Positions 47,954 through 56,519 of a stretch of DNA of 64,000 nt are shown here, one piece after another. The notes below the pieces were generated by a model. That model was not told where the DNA came from and ran no database searches. It was given only the letters and a program-made list of their open reading frames with translations. Positions within the stretch are counted from its first letter, which is position 1, and every line of letters begins with the position of its first letter. The translations under genes were made by a program, and so were the position numbers. Origin of the DNA: Acidobacteria bacterium RIFCSPLOWO2_12_FULL_66_21 (lineage in GTDB: Bacteria > Acidobacteriota > Vicinamibacteria > Vicinamibacterales > 2-12-FULL-66-21); the NCBI GenBank assembly GCA_001767455.1, contig MELC01000005.1:4139-68138 (forward strand), written 5' to 3'.

Positions 47954-48978
47954 CAATCGGCCGAGCGGCTGCGGGGATGCTCGTCGCGTTGACGATGGCC
48001 CTGCCCGTGCGCGCGGCCGCCGCCGAGCGCTATGCGCTGATTGTATCCGGGGCCACTGGCGGACAGGAGTACGCCGAGCGGTACAAAGCATGGAGCGACG
48101 CGCTCTCGAACGTGCTCGTCGACCGCTACAAGTTCGACGCGGCGCACGTCGTCAGGCTGTCCGAGGCGGCGTCCGGCTCTGCGAGCTCCACGGCCGCCAA
48201 CGTCCGCCGCGCGCTGCAGGAGCTCCGTACGTCGATGAGGCGCGACGGTCTTCTGTTCATCGTGTTGATCGGGCACGGCACGTACGATGGGATCGACGCG
48301 AAGTTCAACCTCGTGGGCCCGGATATCGATTCGAACGAATGGGCGTCGCTTCTCAAGCCGCTCCCGGGGCGCGTGGTCCTGGTCAACACGACGTCGGGCA
48401 GCTTTCCTTTCCTCGAACGGCTGGCCGGCCCGAATCACGTCGTCATCACCGCCACTGATTCGGTGGCACAACGGCTCGACACGGTCTTCCCCGAGTACTT
48501 CATCCGTGCCTGGACAGACGGTGCGTCGGACATCGACAAGAACGGCCGTGTGTCGGTATGGGAGGTGTTTTCAGCGGCCAGCGCGCGCGTGGGGCGGCAT
48601 TACCAGCAGCGCGGGCTGCTCGCGACCGAGCGGGCGCTGCTCGACGACAACGGCGACGGTGTTGGCAGCGAGGCCGTCTCGCCGAAGAATGACGGCTCGC
48701 TGGCCAGCCGCACGTACCTGGACGCCGACGCCGCGGACGCGCCCCCGACCGACGACGTCCTGCTCAAGCTGCTGCAGCGCCGGACGACGCTGGAAGCCGA
48801 GATCGATGACCTGAAGATCAGGCGCACGTTCATGGCTGCCGCGGAGTACGCGCAGGAGTTCGAGCGCCTCATGACGGAGCTGGCGCGCGTGTCGCACGAC
48901 ATCCGCGAGCGCACGAAGACGACGCCGCCCGCCCCCAAGGACGCCCCCGCCATCCCATTGAACTCCGGATCACGCTGA
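47950..48978 (+). CDS. Caspase/legumain (C13)-like domain protein, catalytic Cys apparently replaced
   Basis: Start is ATG 47950 (ATGA overlap), followed by a signal peptide. The His box is LFIVLIGHGTYDG. The position of the legumain EACESGS Cys box reads VNTTSGS. The C-terminus is a coiled coil. Confidence 0.65.
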   Translation: MTIGRAAAGMLVALTMALPVRAAAAERYALIVSGATGGQEYAERYKAWSDALSNVLVDRYKFDAAHVVRLSEAASGSASSTAANVRRALQELRTSMRRDGLLFIVLIGHGTYDGIDAKFNLVGPDIDSNEWASLLKPLPGRVVLVNTTSGSFPFLERLAGPNHVVITATDSVAQRLDTVFPEYFIRAWTDGASDIDKNGRVSVWEVFSAASARVGRHYQQRGLLATERALLDDNGDGVGSEAVSPKNDGSLASRTYLDADAADAPPTDDVLLKLLQRRTTLEAEIDDLKIRRTFMAAAEYAQEFERLMTELARVSHDIRERTKTTPPAPKDAPAIPLNSGSR

Positions 48979-49700
48979 CTTCGCCGATTACGATCTACAG
49001 CACGAAGACCACGAAGGACACAAAGGACACGAAGACGATCACGCCTGGTTGGTTTGGATCACGCTGTTGAGGGAGATCACGCTGCATGCACGGTCACGGT
49101 CCTTGGGCACAAAGCGCACGAAGGGCGCGAAGGACACGAAGACAGCAAAAAAGACAAATCGGCTCCCCTTCGAGATGCGCCGTCGAGCGCCGGCCGGCGT
49201 CACAGGACCAACGAGACCACAAAGGCAAACAGCCGCCGACCATGTGCTGCTTGCGTTTGCGGTCTCGCTGGTCCTGACCGCGCGCAAGCGCGCGGCTCGC
49301 CGGCGCACGCGAGGCGGGACGGTGGGACAGCGGACACCGAGACTGCCCAAAGAGAATGACAGTCTTCGTGAGCTTCGTGTGCTTGGTGGTCTTCGTGCGA
49401 TAACGCCGTCGGCGCGGGCAGCGACAGCGGAACAGCGGAACAGCGGGACACCGAGACTGCCCCAAGAGAATGACAGTCTTCGTGAGCTTCGTGAGCTTCG
49501 TGTGCTTGGTGGTCTTCGTGCGATAACGCCGTCGGCGCGGGCAGCGTGACAGCGGAACAGCGGGAGAGCGGGACACCGAGACTGCCCCAAGAGAATGACA
49601 GTCTTCGTGAGCTTCGTGTGCTTGGTGGTCTTCGTGCGATAACGCCGTCGGCGCGGGCAGCGTGACAGCGCGTTCAGCGGGACAGTGGAACAGTGGGACC
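48979..49700. repeat. Structured composite repeat, copy C, with right-hand module amplified three times
   Basis: The left end is cttcgccgattacgatcta, followed by CACGAAG runs and a central hairpin with arms 49205-49228 / 49251-49274. The right module is then repeated 3 times at 49332-49445, 49446-49570 and 49571-~49695. That module reads ggacaccgagactgcc..(CTTCGTG)n..gataacgccgtcggcgcgggcagcg..cagcgg. The block fills the convergent spacer between the C13-like and rhomboid genes. Confidence 0.88.
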
Positions 49701-49710
49701 TAGGGTTGAC

Positions 49711-50367
49711 CTAGGGTGCCCAGTATCTTCGTGACTCGTGCAGCCGCCAGTACGCTCCCGCGAGAGCGCCGATCGCGAAGCCCCCGATGTGCGCCCAGAA
49801 GGCGACGCCGCCGTTCATCGCCTGCGCGCCGATCGAGCCGACGCCGCTGAGGAGCTGCATCACGAACCAGATCCCCAGGAAGAAGATCGCCGGCACCTCC
49901 ACCAGGTCCATGAAGATGACGACGAAGATGGCCGTGAGAATGCGGGACCGTGGATAGAGGACGAAATAGGCGCCCATGACGCCGGCGATGGCGCCGCTCG
50001 CGCCTATCATCGGCGCCGTGGAGAACGGGTCGATCATCACCTGTCCGAGGGCGGCGACGGCGCCGCTGAACAGGTAGAACACAAGATACCGGAAGTGGCC
50101 GAATCGATCCTCGACGTTGTCGCCGAAGATCCAGAGGTACAGCATGTTGCCGAGAACATGCATCCAGCCGCCGTGCAGGAACAGGCTCGTCACGACGGTG
50201 GGCCAGGCGAAATAGGCGGGCACGACGCCAAAGACCTGCGCAAACACGCGCAGTTCCGGCGTGCTGAGCTGCAACTCGTACAGGAAGGCCAGCGCGTTGA
50301 CCGCAATCAGGCCGACGGTGACGTAGGGCGTCGTCCGCGAGGGGATGACGTCGCTGACCGGGAACAT
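49711..50367 (-). CDS. Rhomboid-family intramembrane serine protease
   Basis: 218-aa ORF with 6 TM segments. The catalytic Ser lies in GASGAIAGVMGAY and the His in AHIGGFAIG. It also has HGGWMHVLGNMLYLWIFG. Confidence 0.9.
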   Translation of the reverse strand: MFPVSDVIPSRTTPYVTVGLIAVNALAFLYELQLSTPELRVFAQVFGVVPAYFAWPTVVTSLFLHGGWMHVLGNMLYLWIFGDNVEDRFGHFRYLVFYLFSGAVAALGQVMIDPFSTAPMIGASGAIAGVMGAYFVLYPRSRILTAIFVVIFMDLVEVPAIFFLGIWFVMQLLSGVGSIGAQAMNGGVAFWAHIGGFAIGALAGAYWRLHESRRYWAP

Positions 50368-50392
50368 GCGGGCAGTATAACGTGGACGGTTT

Positions 50393-50422
50393 TTGCGTTT
50401 TGCGCCGGCCGGCCCGTATAAT
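50393..50422 (+). promoter_or_regulatory. Promoter TTGCGT-18-TATAAT, 9 nt before ATG 50432
   Basis: -35 TTGCGT is at 50393-98, the spacer is 18 bp and -10 TATAAT is at 50417-22. Confidence 0.55.
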
Positions 50423-50431
50423 CAAGTCACG

Positions 50432-50731
50432 ATGTCCCCTACGAGGACGTCAGGGCGCCCGGCCCTGGCGCTCAAGCTGATCTTGTACCTCTATGTGCTG
50501 GCGACGGCTTTGATGCCGCTCGCGCACCACGACATCGCCTGCCACTTCAAGTCGAACACTCACTGCATCACATGCGTCTACGGATCGTCGGCCGAACTGG
50601 CAGCGGATCCAGCGGCGCTTTCGCGTATCGGCCTCGACGAACTGGGCGCGGCTCCCGCGGCCGCGCCGAGCGGGGCCGCAAACGCCCCCCTGTCCGCCAA
50701 CTCAGACCGTGCGCCTCCCCCGGTCCGGTAA
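50432..50731 (+). CDS. Small membrane-anchored His/Cys-rich hypothetical protein
   Basis: Start is at ATG 50432, 9 nt after a TATAAT box. It has one TM segment (LALKLILYLYVLATALMPLA) followed by HHDIACHFKSNTHCITC. This may be a metal-related, DUF2946-like arrangement. There is no firm family call. Confidence 0.5.
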   Translation: MSPTRTSGRPALALKLILYLYVLATALMPLAHHDIACHFKSNTHCITCVYGSSAELAADPAALSRIGLDELGAAPAAAPSGAANAPLSANSDRAPPPVR

Positions 50732-50825
50732 GCGACTTTCTTTTTCCTCACAGTTGAATCGTTCGGCGCGCGGCCACCCCCCGCGCCGTTCCCTTACTCG
50801 GGTATACCCCGGGCAGGAGGTGTTC

Positions 50826-52238
50826 GTGCTGGGTACGTGTCACTTCGTCCGGCCGGTGCGCGCGCTCGCGTGGGCGGCGGCCTTCGGCATCGGCATCGCG
50901 GCGCCGGGCCTGGCGCAGACCGCCACGGCCCCATCCACCGCGGCGGCAGCCAGCGCGGAGCAGCAGGCGGCAGACCCGCGGCAAATCCGCGCGGAACTGG
51001 ACAAGCTGCGCAAGGAGTTCGAAGCGGTGCGCGACTCGTACGGCGCGCGGCTCGCGGCGCTCGAGGCGAAGCTGGCCGGCGGCCCGCCGGCAGGCGGCGC
51101 GGCGCAACCCTCGACCGTGCCGGTTCCCGTCACGCCACCGGCGGAACCGGTGACGCCGCCGACCCAGCCGCCGCCGGCATCCGCGCAGCCCGGCGAGGTC
51201 CAGGTGCCACAGGGCGCGGCTGGCGCGGGCGGGCCTCAAGGCGCGCTGCCGGTCTATGGCAATGCGTCGGCGCTCTCGAAGATCTTCAACCCGGACATGG
51301 CGGTCATCGGCAACTTCCTTGGCGCGACCGGAAGCAACACAGTGGATCCTGCGCCGGTCCTGGAGATGAACGAAGCGGAAGTCACGCTCCAGGCGATCGT
51401 GGATCCGTATGCACGCGCGGACTTCTTCCTGTCGGCCACGCCCGAGGGCCTGGAGATCGAAGAAGGGTTCCTGACGCTGACGTCACTGCCGGGCGGCCTG
51501 CTCGCGAAAGTCGGGAAGTTCAAGGAGCAGTTCGGGAAGGTCAACACGCTGCACCCGCACGCGTTGTCGTGGGTGGATCAGCCGCTCGTCATGAAGAACC
51601 TGCTCGGCGGGGAAGAAGGCATGTCCGACTCGGGCGTGTCGGTTTCGAAACTGCTCCTCAACCCGTGGGTCTTCCTTGAAGCCACGGGTGAGGTGTTCCA
51701 GGGGAACGCCGGCGTCTTCCAGTCGCACAAGCGCCGCCAGGTGAGCTGGCTGGGACGGTTGCGCGGCTACCGCGACGTGACCGAAGCGACGAACCTCGAT
51801 GTGGGGCTGTCGTTCGCGCGCGGCCACAACGACGCGGGGCCGGACTTCACGACGCGGCTCTTCGGCGTCGACGCGACGGTGAGGTATCGTCCGCTGCAGC
51901 GCGCCATCTACCGCCGCTTCATGGGACGGACGGAGCTGATCTGGAGCCGCCGCGCGGAGGACGTGAGGAACGTCACCGCGTTCGGGATGTATGCGAGCGG
52001 CGACTACCAGTTCGCGCGCAGGTGGTTCGGGGGCGCGCGCTACGACCGTGCGGCGCGGGCATACGACTCGGCGCTCGTCGACAGCAGCGGCTCGCTCGTG
52101 CTGACCTACTGGCCGAGCGAGTTCAGCCAGGTCCGCGGGCAGTTGCGGCGGACGAAGTACGCGGAAGGCGTCATCGGCAACGAGGCGCTCTTCCAGTTCC
52201 TGTTCTCAATCGGCGCCCATGGCGCGCATGTGTTCTAG
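50826..52238 (+). CDS. Putative outer-membrane beta-barrel protein with N-terminal coiled coil
   Basis: Start is GTG 50826, 5 nt after AGGAGG. It has a signal peptide (...GIAAPGLAQ) and a coiled coil (IRAELDKLRKEFEAVRDSYGARLAALEAKL). The body has alternating beta-strand-like sequence and ends in an aromatic residue (..GAHVF). Confidence 0.65.
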   Translation: MLGTCHFVRPVRALAWAAAFGIGIAAPGLAQTATAPSTAAAASAEQQAADPRQIRAELDKLRKEFEAVRDSYGARLAALEAKLAGGPPAGGAAQPSTVPVPVTPPAEPVTPPTQPPPASAQPGEVQVPQGAAGAGGPQGALPVYGNASALSKIFNPDMAVIGNFLGATGSNTVDPAPVLEMNEAEVTLQAIVDPYARADFFLSATPEGLEIEEGFLTLTSLPGGLLAKVGKFKEQFGKVNTLHPHALSWVDQPLVMKNLLGGEEGMSDSGVSVSKLLLNPWVFLEATGEVFQGNAGVFQSHKRRQVSWLGRLRGYRDVTEATNLDVGLSFARGHNDAGPDFTTRLFGVDATVRYRPLQRAIYRRFMGRTELIWSRRAEDVRNVTAFGMYASGDYQFARRWFGGARYDRAARAYDSALVDSSGSLVLTYWPSEFSQVRGQLRRTKYAEGVIGNEALFQFLFSIGAHGAHVF

Positions 52239-52304
52239 CAGGCAGCAGGCAGCTGGCGGCTGGCAGCGTGACACACTGCAAGCTGCCTGCTGCATGCTGC
52301 CAGC
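52238..52304. repeat. GCAGGCA/GCTGGCR heptamer run forming a hairpin after the outer-membrane protein gene
   Basis: gcaggcagcaggcagc (52238-52253) pairs with gctgcctgctgc (52282-52293). gctggcagc (52259-67) pairs with gctgccagc (52296-304). This may act as a terminator or attenuator before znuA. Confidence 0.75.
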
Positions 52305-52331
52305 TGAGACGATACAGAAAGGCCCGGCATC

Positions 52332-53261
52332 ATGAAACAGTACTTCTTACTGGCGGCGGTCTTCGCCGCGGCCCTGACGGCAGGCGCGGTGGACGCACGC
52401 GCCGCCATCAAGGTCGTGACGACCACACAGGACCTCGAAGCCATCGCCCGCGAGGTCGGCGGTGACAAGATCACGGTCGAATCGCTCGCCAAGGGCTATC
52501 AGGATCCGCACTTCGTCGAGCCGAAGCCGAGCTTCATCCTGAAGCTGCACGCGGCGGACCTGCTCGTCGTGGTCGGACGCGAGCTGGAAATCGGCTGGCT
52601 GCCGCCGCTCATCAACCAGTCGCGCAACTCGAAAATCCAGCCCAACGGCGACGGCTATCTCGACGCGTCGCTGACGGCGCACATCCTCGAGATCCCGACG
52701 GGCCAGATTACGCGCGCCATGGGCGACGTGCACCCGTCCGGCAATCCGCACTACTGGCTCGGCCCCGACAACGGCCGTCGCATCGCGCAGGAAATCCAGA
52801 AGAAGCTGTCACAGCTCAGCCCCGGAGATGCCGGGTATTTCGCTCAGCGGTACGCCGATTTCGATCGGCGGCTCGGCGAGGCGGAGAAGCGCTGGAAGGC
52901 CGCGATGGCTCCCTACAAGGGCGTGAAGGTCGTCACGTACCACCGGTCGTGGCCCAACTTCACCGGGTCGTTCGGGCTGGACGTCATGGGCTATGTCGAG
53001 CCGAAGCCCGGCATTCCCCCCTCTCCCTCGCACACCCTGGCACTGATGCAGGAGATGAAGCGGCAGAACGTGAAGCTCATCATGATCGAGCCGTATTTCG
53101 ACTCGAAGACGCCCAATGCGATCGCGCGTGAAACGGGGGCGCAGGTGATCGTGCCGGCGCCGTCTGTCGGCGGCGCGAAGGACGTCACCGACTACTTCAA
53201 GCTCTTCGACTACAACATCAATCTCGTCGTCAACGCGATCAAGCAGACGGGAGCCAGGTAG
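52332..53261 (+). CDS. znuA: Metal (Zn/Mn) ABC transporter substrate-binding protein, ZnuA/TroA family
   Basis: 309-aa ORF with a signal peptide and metal-ligand blocks DPHFVEPKPS, GDVHPSGNPHYW and YHRSWPNF.. Confidence 0.85.
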   Translation: MKQYFLLAAVFAAALTAGAVDARAAIKVVTTTQDLEAIAREVGGDKITVESLAKGYQDPHFVEPKPSFILKLHAADLLVVVGRELEIGWLPPLINQSRNSKIQPNGDGYLDASLTAHILEIPTGQITRAMGDVHPSGNPHYWLGPDNGRRIAQEIQKKLSQLSPGDAGYFAQRYADFDRRLGEAEKRWKAAMAPYKGVKVVTYHRSWPNFTGSFGLDVMGYVEPKPGIPPSPSHTLALMQEMKRQNVKLIMIEPYFDSKTPNAIARETGAQVIVPAPSVGGAKDVTDYFKLFDYNINLVVNAIKQTGAR

Positions 53262-53263
53262 GC

Positions 53264-54154
53264 ATGCTCGACATGACGATTCTCTCGTTCCTCGCGGCGC
53301 CGTTCGTCGCGAGCCTCGTGATCGCGGGCATCCACGCGTATCTCGGGGTCCACGTGGTCGAGCGGGGGGTCATCTTCGTGGACCTGTCGCTCGCCCAGAT
53401 TGCCGCGTTCGGCGCGACCATCGCCATCCTGCTGCCGATGTCGGGCGGCGATCCCCACGGACCGGCGGTGTACTGGATCAGCCTCCTCTTCACCTTCATC
53501 GGGGCGGCGATCTTCGCGACCATCCGGAGCCGCCGCGCCCGGATCCCGCAGGAAGCGATCATCGGGATCTCCTACGCGGTCGCCTCGGCGGCGACGATTC
53601 TCGCGATGAGCAAGTCCACCTCCGAAGGCGAACACCTGAAGGACATGCTGGTCGGCAACATCCTCGCGGTGTCGTGGGAAGAGGTCTGGCACACGGCGGC
53701 GCTCTACGCGGTCATCGGCGCGTTTCATTTCGTGTTCCGGAAGAAGTTCCTGGCCATCTCCCTCGATCCCGAGGCGGTCGAGCGATCGGGCGTGTCGCTG
53801 CGGCTCTGGGACTTCCTGTTCTACGCCTCGTTCGGCTTCGTCGTGACGCGGTCCGTCTCGATCGCGGGGGTGCTGCTCGTCTTCTGCTATCTGATCGTGC
53901 CGTCGGTCGGCGCGATGCTGTTCTCGGCCCGCCTGGGCCCGCGGCTCGCCATCGGGTGGTCGATGGGGACCGTGGTCTCCGCGCTCGGGGTCTGGCTGTC
54001 GCTGCAGCTGGACCTGCCGACAGGCGCGACGATCGTCTGCACCTTCGGCCTGGTGCTGATCCTGATGGGGATGGTGCGGATGCTCATTCCCGGGAGGTTG
54101 AACGGCGACATCCACCAGGTGGACTTCCACGACGTCGCCCACGGAGGGCACTGA
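53264..54154 (+). CDS. znuB: Metal ABC transporter permease, ZnuB family
   Basis: 296-aa ORF with 8-9 TM segments and typical ABC-3 family composition. It starts 3 nt after znuA. Confidence 0.85.
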   Translation: MLDMTILSFLAAPFVASLVIAGIHAYLGVHVVERGVIFVDLSLAQIAAFGATIAILLPMSGGDPHGPAVYWISLLFTFIGAAIFATIRSRRARIPQEAIIGISYAVASAATILAMSKSTSEGEHLKDMLVGNILAVSWEEVWHTAALYAVIGAFHFVFRKKFLAISLDPEAVERSGVSLRLWDFLFYASFGFVVTRSVSIAGVLLVFCYLIVPSVGAMLFSARLGPRLAIGWSMGTVVSALGVWLSLQLDLPTGATIVCTFGLVLILMGMVRMLIPGRLNGDIHQVDFHDVAHGGH

Positions 54155-54166
54155 CCGGCGCTTCGA

Positions 54167-54172
54167 TATAAT
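54167..54172 (+). promoter_or_regulatory. -10 box TATAAT, 7 nt before zinc-ribbon ATG 54180 (leaderless spacing)
   Basis: cgaTATAATtccctgcATG. Confidence 0.55.
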
Positions 54173-54179
54173 TCCCTGC

Positions 54180-54461
54180 ATGCAGTGCCGCTCCTGCGGA
54201 ACCGAAATCGCCGGCAAGGCGATCGTCTGTTATCGCTGCGGCGCGAGTACGACGGATCCGGTGCGGCGGCCCGCACCCGTACGCGCCCGCCGCAGTCCGC
54301 TCCTGTCGCTCGCCGCCGCCGCCCTGCTGGTGCTGCTGGCCCTGTATCTCGGGCAGGCGTCGCGGACCGCGGCCGATCCGGGCCCGCTGCAGCTGACGGC
54401 CGGCGTCCTCGCGGCGGCTGCCGTCGTTCTGCTCGTGGTTCGCATGGTCCGCCGCCGCTGA
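54180..54461 (+). CDS. Zinc-ribbon membrane protein
   Basis: 93-aa ORF. MQCRSCGTEI...CYRCG has two CxxC knuckles and is followed by two TM helices. A TATAAT box lies 7 nt upstream of the ATG. Confidence 0.6.
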   Translation: MQCRSCGTEIAGKAIVCYRCGASTTDPVRRPAPVRARRSPLLSLAAAALLVLLALYLGQASRTAADPGPLQLTAGVLAAAAVVLLVVRMVRRR

Positions 54462-54477
54462 GTTACACTTCTTCACC

Positions 54478-56097
54478 ATGAACCGACCGCCTGACGGGGT
54501 TCGTCTGGAAGTCACCGACGCACTCGGCCGGCGCGTAGTGGCGATCGAGAAGCCCAATTTCGAGATCGGACGGCGCGAGACCAACGATCTGCGCCTCGCC
54601 GGCAGCGAAGTGTCTCGCGACCACGCGCAGATCGTGCTCGAAGGCTCCAAGTACGTGCTGCGCGATCGCAGCTCCCGCTACGGCACCTACGTGAACGGCG
54701 AGCAGGTCACCGAGCACGCGCTCGCCCACGGCGATCGCATCAGGCTGGGCCGCAGCGGCGGGGCCGAGATGGTGTTTCTCGTCGCCGACGGCGCGCCCGT
54801 TCCCGAGCGCTCGACCACCACCGCCATCGGCGACCTGCGTCAGATCGCCGCGCTCCTCGAAGGGCTCCGCGCGCTCGGCAGCGGCCGCGTGCTCGACGAC
54901 GTGCTGTCGCTGGTGCTCGATTCGGGCATCGACGTCAGCGGCGCCGAACGCGGGTTCATCATGCTGGCGACCGCGACCGGGGAGCTCGAATTCAAGATGG
55001 CGCGCAGCCGCGGCCACGGGTCGCTCTCCGGCAGCAGCTTCGCCACGAGCCGCAAGATTCCCGAAGAAGTGTTCCGCACGGGCGAAGCGCGCCTCGTCGC
55101 CGATCTCCTGGACGGCGAGCTGGCCAACGTGCACGTGGGCACGGTCGCGCTGGGCATCCGCAACGTGCTGTGCGTGCCGCTGCGCCTCGTCCGCTACGTG
55201 GACAAGGCGGCGGAAATCGGCGAGGACCGCCGGATCGGCGTGCTCTACCTGGACAGCCGCGAGAAGGGGTCGCTGCTCTCGAGCTCGACGCGCGCGGCGC
55301 TCGAGACCCTCGCCACCGAGGCGGCCGTCGCCATCGAGAACGCCCGGCTCTATCGCGAGACGATGGAGAAGGCGCGGATGGAGCAGGAGATGCGGATCGC
55401 CGCCGAGATCCAGCAGGCGCTCCTGCCCAAGACGGGGCGCATCGGATCGTTCTTCAGCGCCGCCGCCGCATCGCTGCCGTGCCGATCGATTGGGGGGGAC
55501 TTCTTCGACTACGTCGACCTGCCCGCGGGCGGCCTCGGCTTCGCGCTCGGCGACGTCGCGGGCAAAGGGCCGCCGGCCGCGCTGCTGAGCGCGATGATGC
55601 AGGGCATGTTCGCCGCGCAGGCGGCCAGCACGGACTCGCCGTCGCAGGCGATCACCCGCGTGAATCTGGCGTTGTACCGGCGGGGCATCGAGTCGCGGTT
55701 CGTGACGCTGATGTACGGCACGCTCCAGCCCGACGGGCGGCTGACCTACTGCAATGCGGGACACAACCCGCCGCTCGTGGTGGGCCAGTCCGGCGTGCGC
55801 CGCCTGGAATGCGGCGGCCCGATCGTGGGGCTGTTCGAGGCGGCCGCCTTCGACGAGGAGACGATCACGCTGTCGCCCGGCGACTGGCTGATTATCTTCA
55901 GCGACGGCGTCTCCGAAGCGATGTCCGCGTCGGGCGAGGAGTACGGCGAGCCGAGGATCGTGGAGTGCGTGTCGAAGAGCGCGTCGCTCGATCCGCAGCA
56001 GCTCCTCCAGGCGCTGTTCTCCGACGTGCGTCTGTTCACCACCGGCGCGGCGCAGAGCGACGACATCACCGCGATGGTGCTGCGCTACGGCACGTAG
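54478..56097 (+). CDS. FHA-GAF-PP2C (SpoIIE-type) serine/threonine phosphatase
   Basis: 539-aa ORF. The N-terminal FHA domain is FEIGRRETNDLRL..SEVSRDHAQI...LRDRSSRYGTYVNG. A central GAF-like region follows. The C-terminal PPM/SpoIIE domain is GGDFFDY...GDVAGKG...FSDGVSEA...DDITAMVL. Confidence 0.85.
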   Translation: MNRPPDGVRLEVTDALGRRVVAIEKPNFEIGRRETNDLRLAGSEVSRDHAQIVLEGSKYVLRDRSSRYGTYVNGEQVTEHALAHGDRIRLGRSGGAEMVFLVADGAPVPERSTTTAIGDLRQIAALLEGLRALGSGRVLDDVLSLVLDSGIDVSGAERGFIMLATATGELEFKMARSRGHGSLSGSSFATSRKIPEEVFRTGEARLVADLLDGELANVHVGTVALGIRNVLCVPLRLVRYVDKAAEIGEDRRIGVLYLDSREKGSLLSSSTRAALETLATEAAVAIENARLYRETMEKARMEQEMRIAAEIQQALLPKTGRIGSFFSAAAASLPCRSIGGDFFDYVDLPAGGLGFALGDVAGKGPPAALLSAMMQGMFAAQAASTDSPSQAITRVNLALYRRGIESRFVTLMYGTLQPDGRLTYCNAGHNPPLVVGQSGVRRLECGGPIVGLFEAAAFDEETITLSPGDWLIIFSDGVSEAMSASGEEYGEPRIVECVSKSASLDPQQLLQALFSDVRLFTTGAAQSDDITAMVLRYGT

Positions 56098-56098
56098 G

Positions 56099-56404
56099 AT
56101 GCGGCCGCTCCCGCGCGGCCATCGGCTGGCGGTGATCCTCTGGCTGGTCATCGGCCTCCTGGTCTGGAACGGCGTCTACGACCTGATCCTGGGCAAGGGG
56201 CTCAAGGAATACCTGTTCCGTGCCGCGCTGCACGAGGCCGGCCGCGGCCCCGCGATCACGATTGAATCGGTGATGGACGCCTGGCGGCTGTACGCGGTGT
56301 GGGTCGCGACCCTGTGGGCGTCGATCATCGTGCTTGCGGGGATGGTGACCATCAAGCTTGCGGGCCGACGGGAAGAGGCTGAAAACGTAGAACGTAGAAC
56401 GTAG
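56099..56404 (+). CDS. Small two-TM hypothetical membrane protein
   Basis: 101-aa ORF that starts 2 nt after the phosphatase stop. It has two hydrophobic helices. The C-terminal codons and the stop run into an AACGTAG heptamer array. Confidence 0.5.
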   Translation: MRPLPRGHRLAVILWLVIGLLVWNGVYDLILGKGLKEYLFRAALHEAGRGPAITIESVMDAWRLYAVWVATLWASIIVLAGMVTIKLAGRREEAENVERRT

Positions 56405-56508
56405 AATGCGGTCACGCTGTCGAGCCGCACCGAGCAGCCGCCTTCGCGCAAAGGCGCTTCGGCGAGCCCGGCCGAGCCCCGAGTAACGAGCTGCGAACTG
56501 CGAGCTGC
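56381..56508. repeat. (AACGTAG)3-4 array, unique GC-rich core, then (GAGCTGC/GAACTGC)3 array
   Basis: AACGTAG units span 56381-56408 and GAGCTGC GAACTGC GAGCTGC spans 56488-56508. The core ccgccttcgcgcaaaggcgcttcggcg resembles the reverse complement of the 33478 repeat. Confidence 0.85.
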
Positions 56509-56519
56509 GACAAGTATCT

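Noticed and set aside
49332-49695. Possible CRISPR array (regularly spaced repeats)
   Set aside because: The units are 114-125 bp and almost entirely identical to each other, with no unique spacers between them. No cas genes are nearby. This is a tandem amplification of a repeat module, not a CRISPR.
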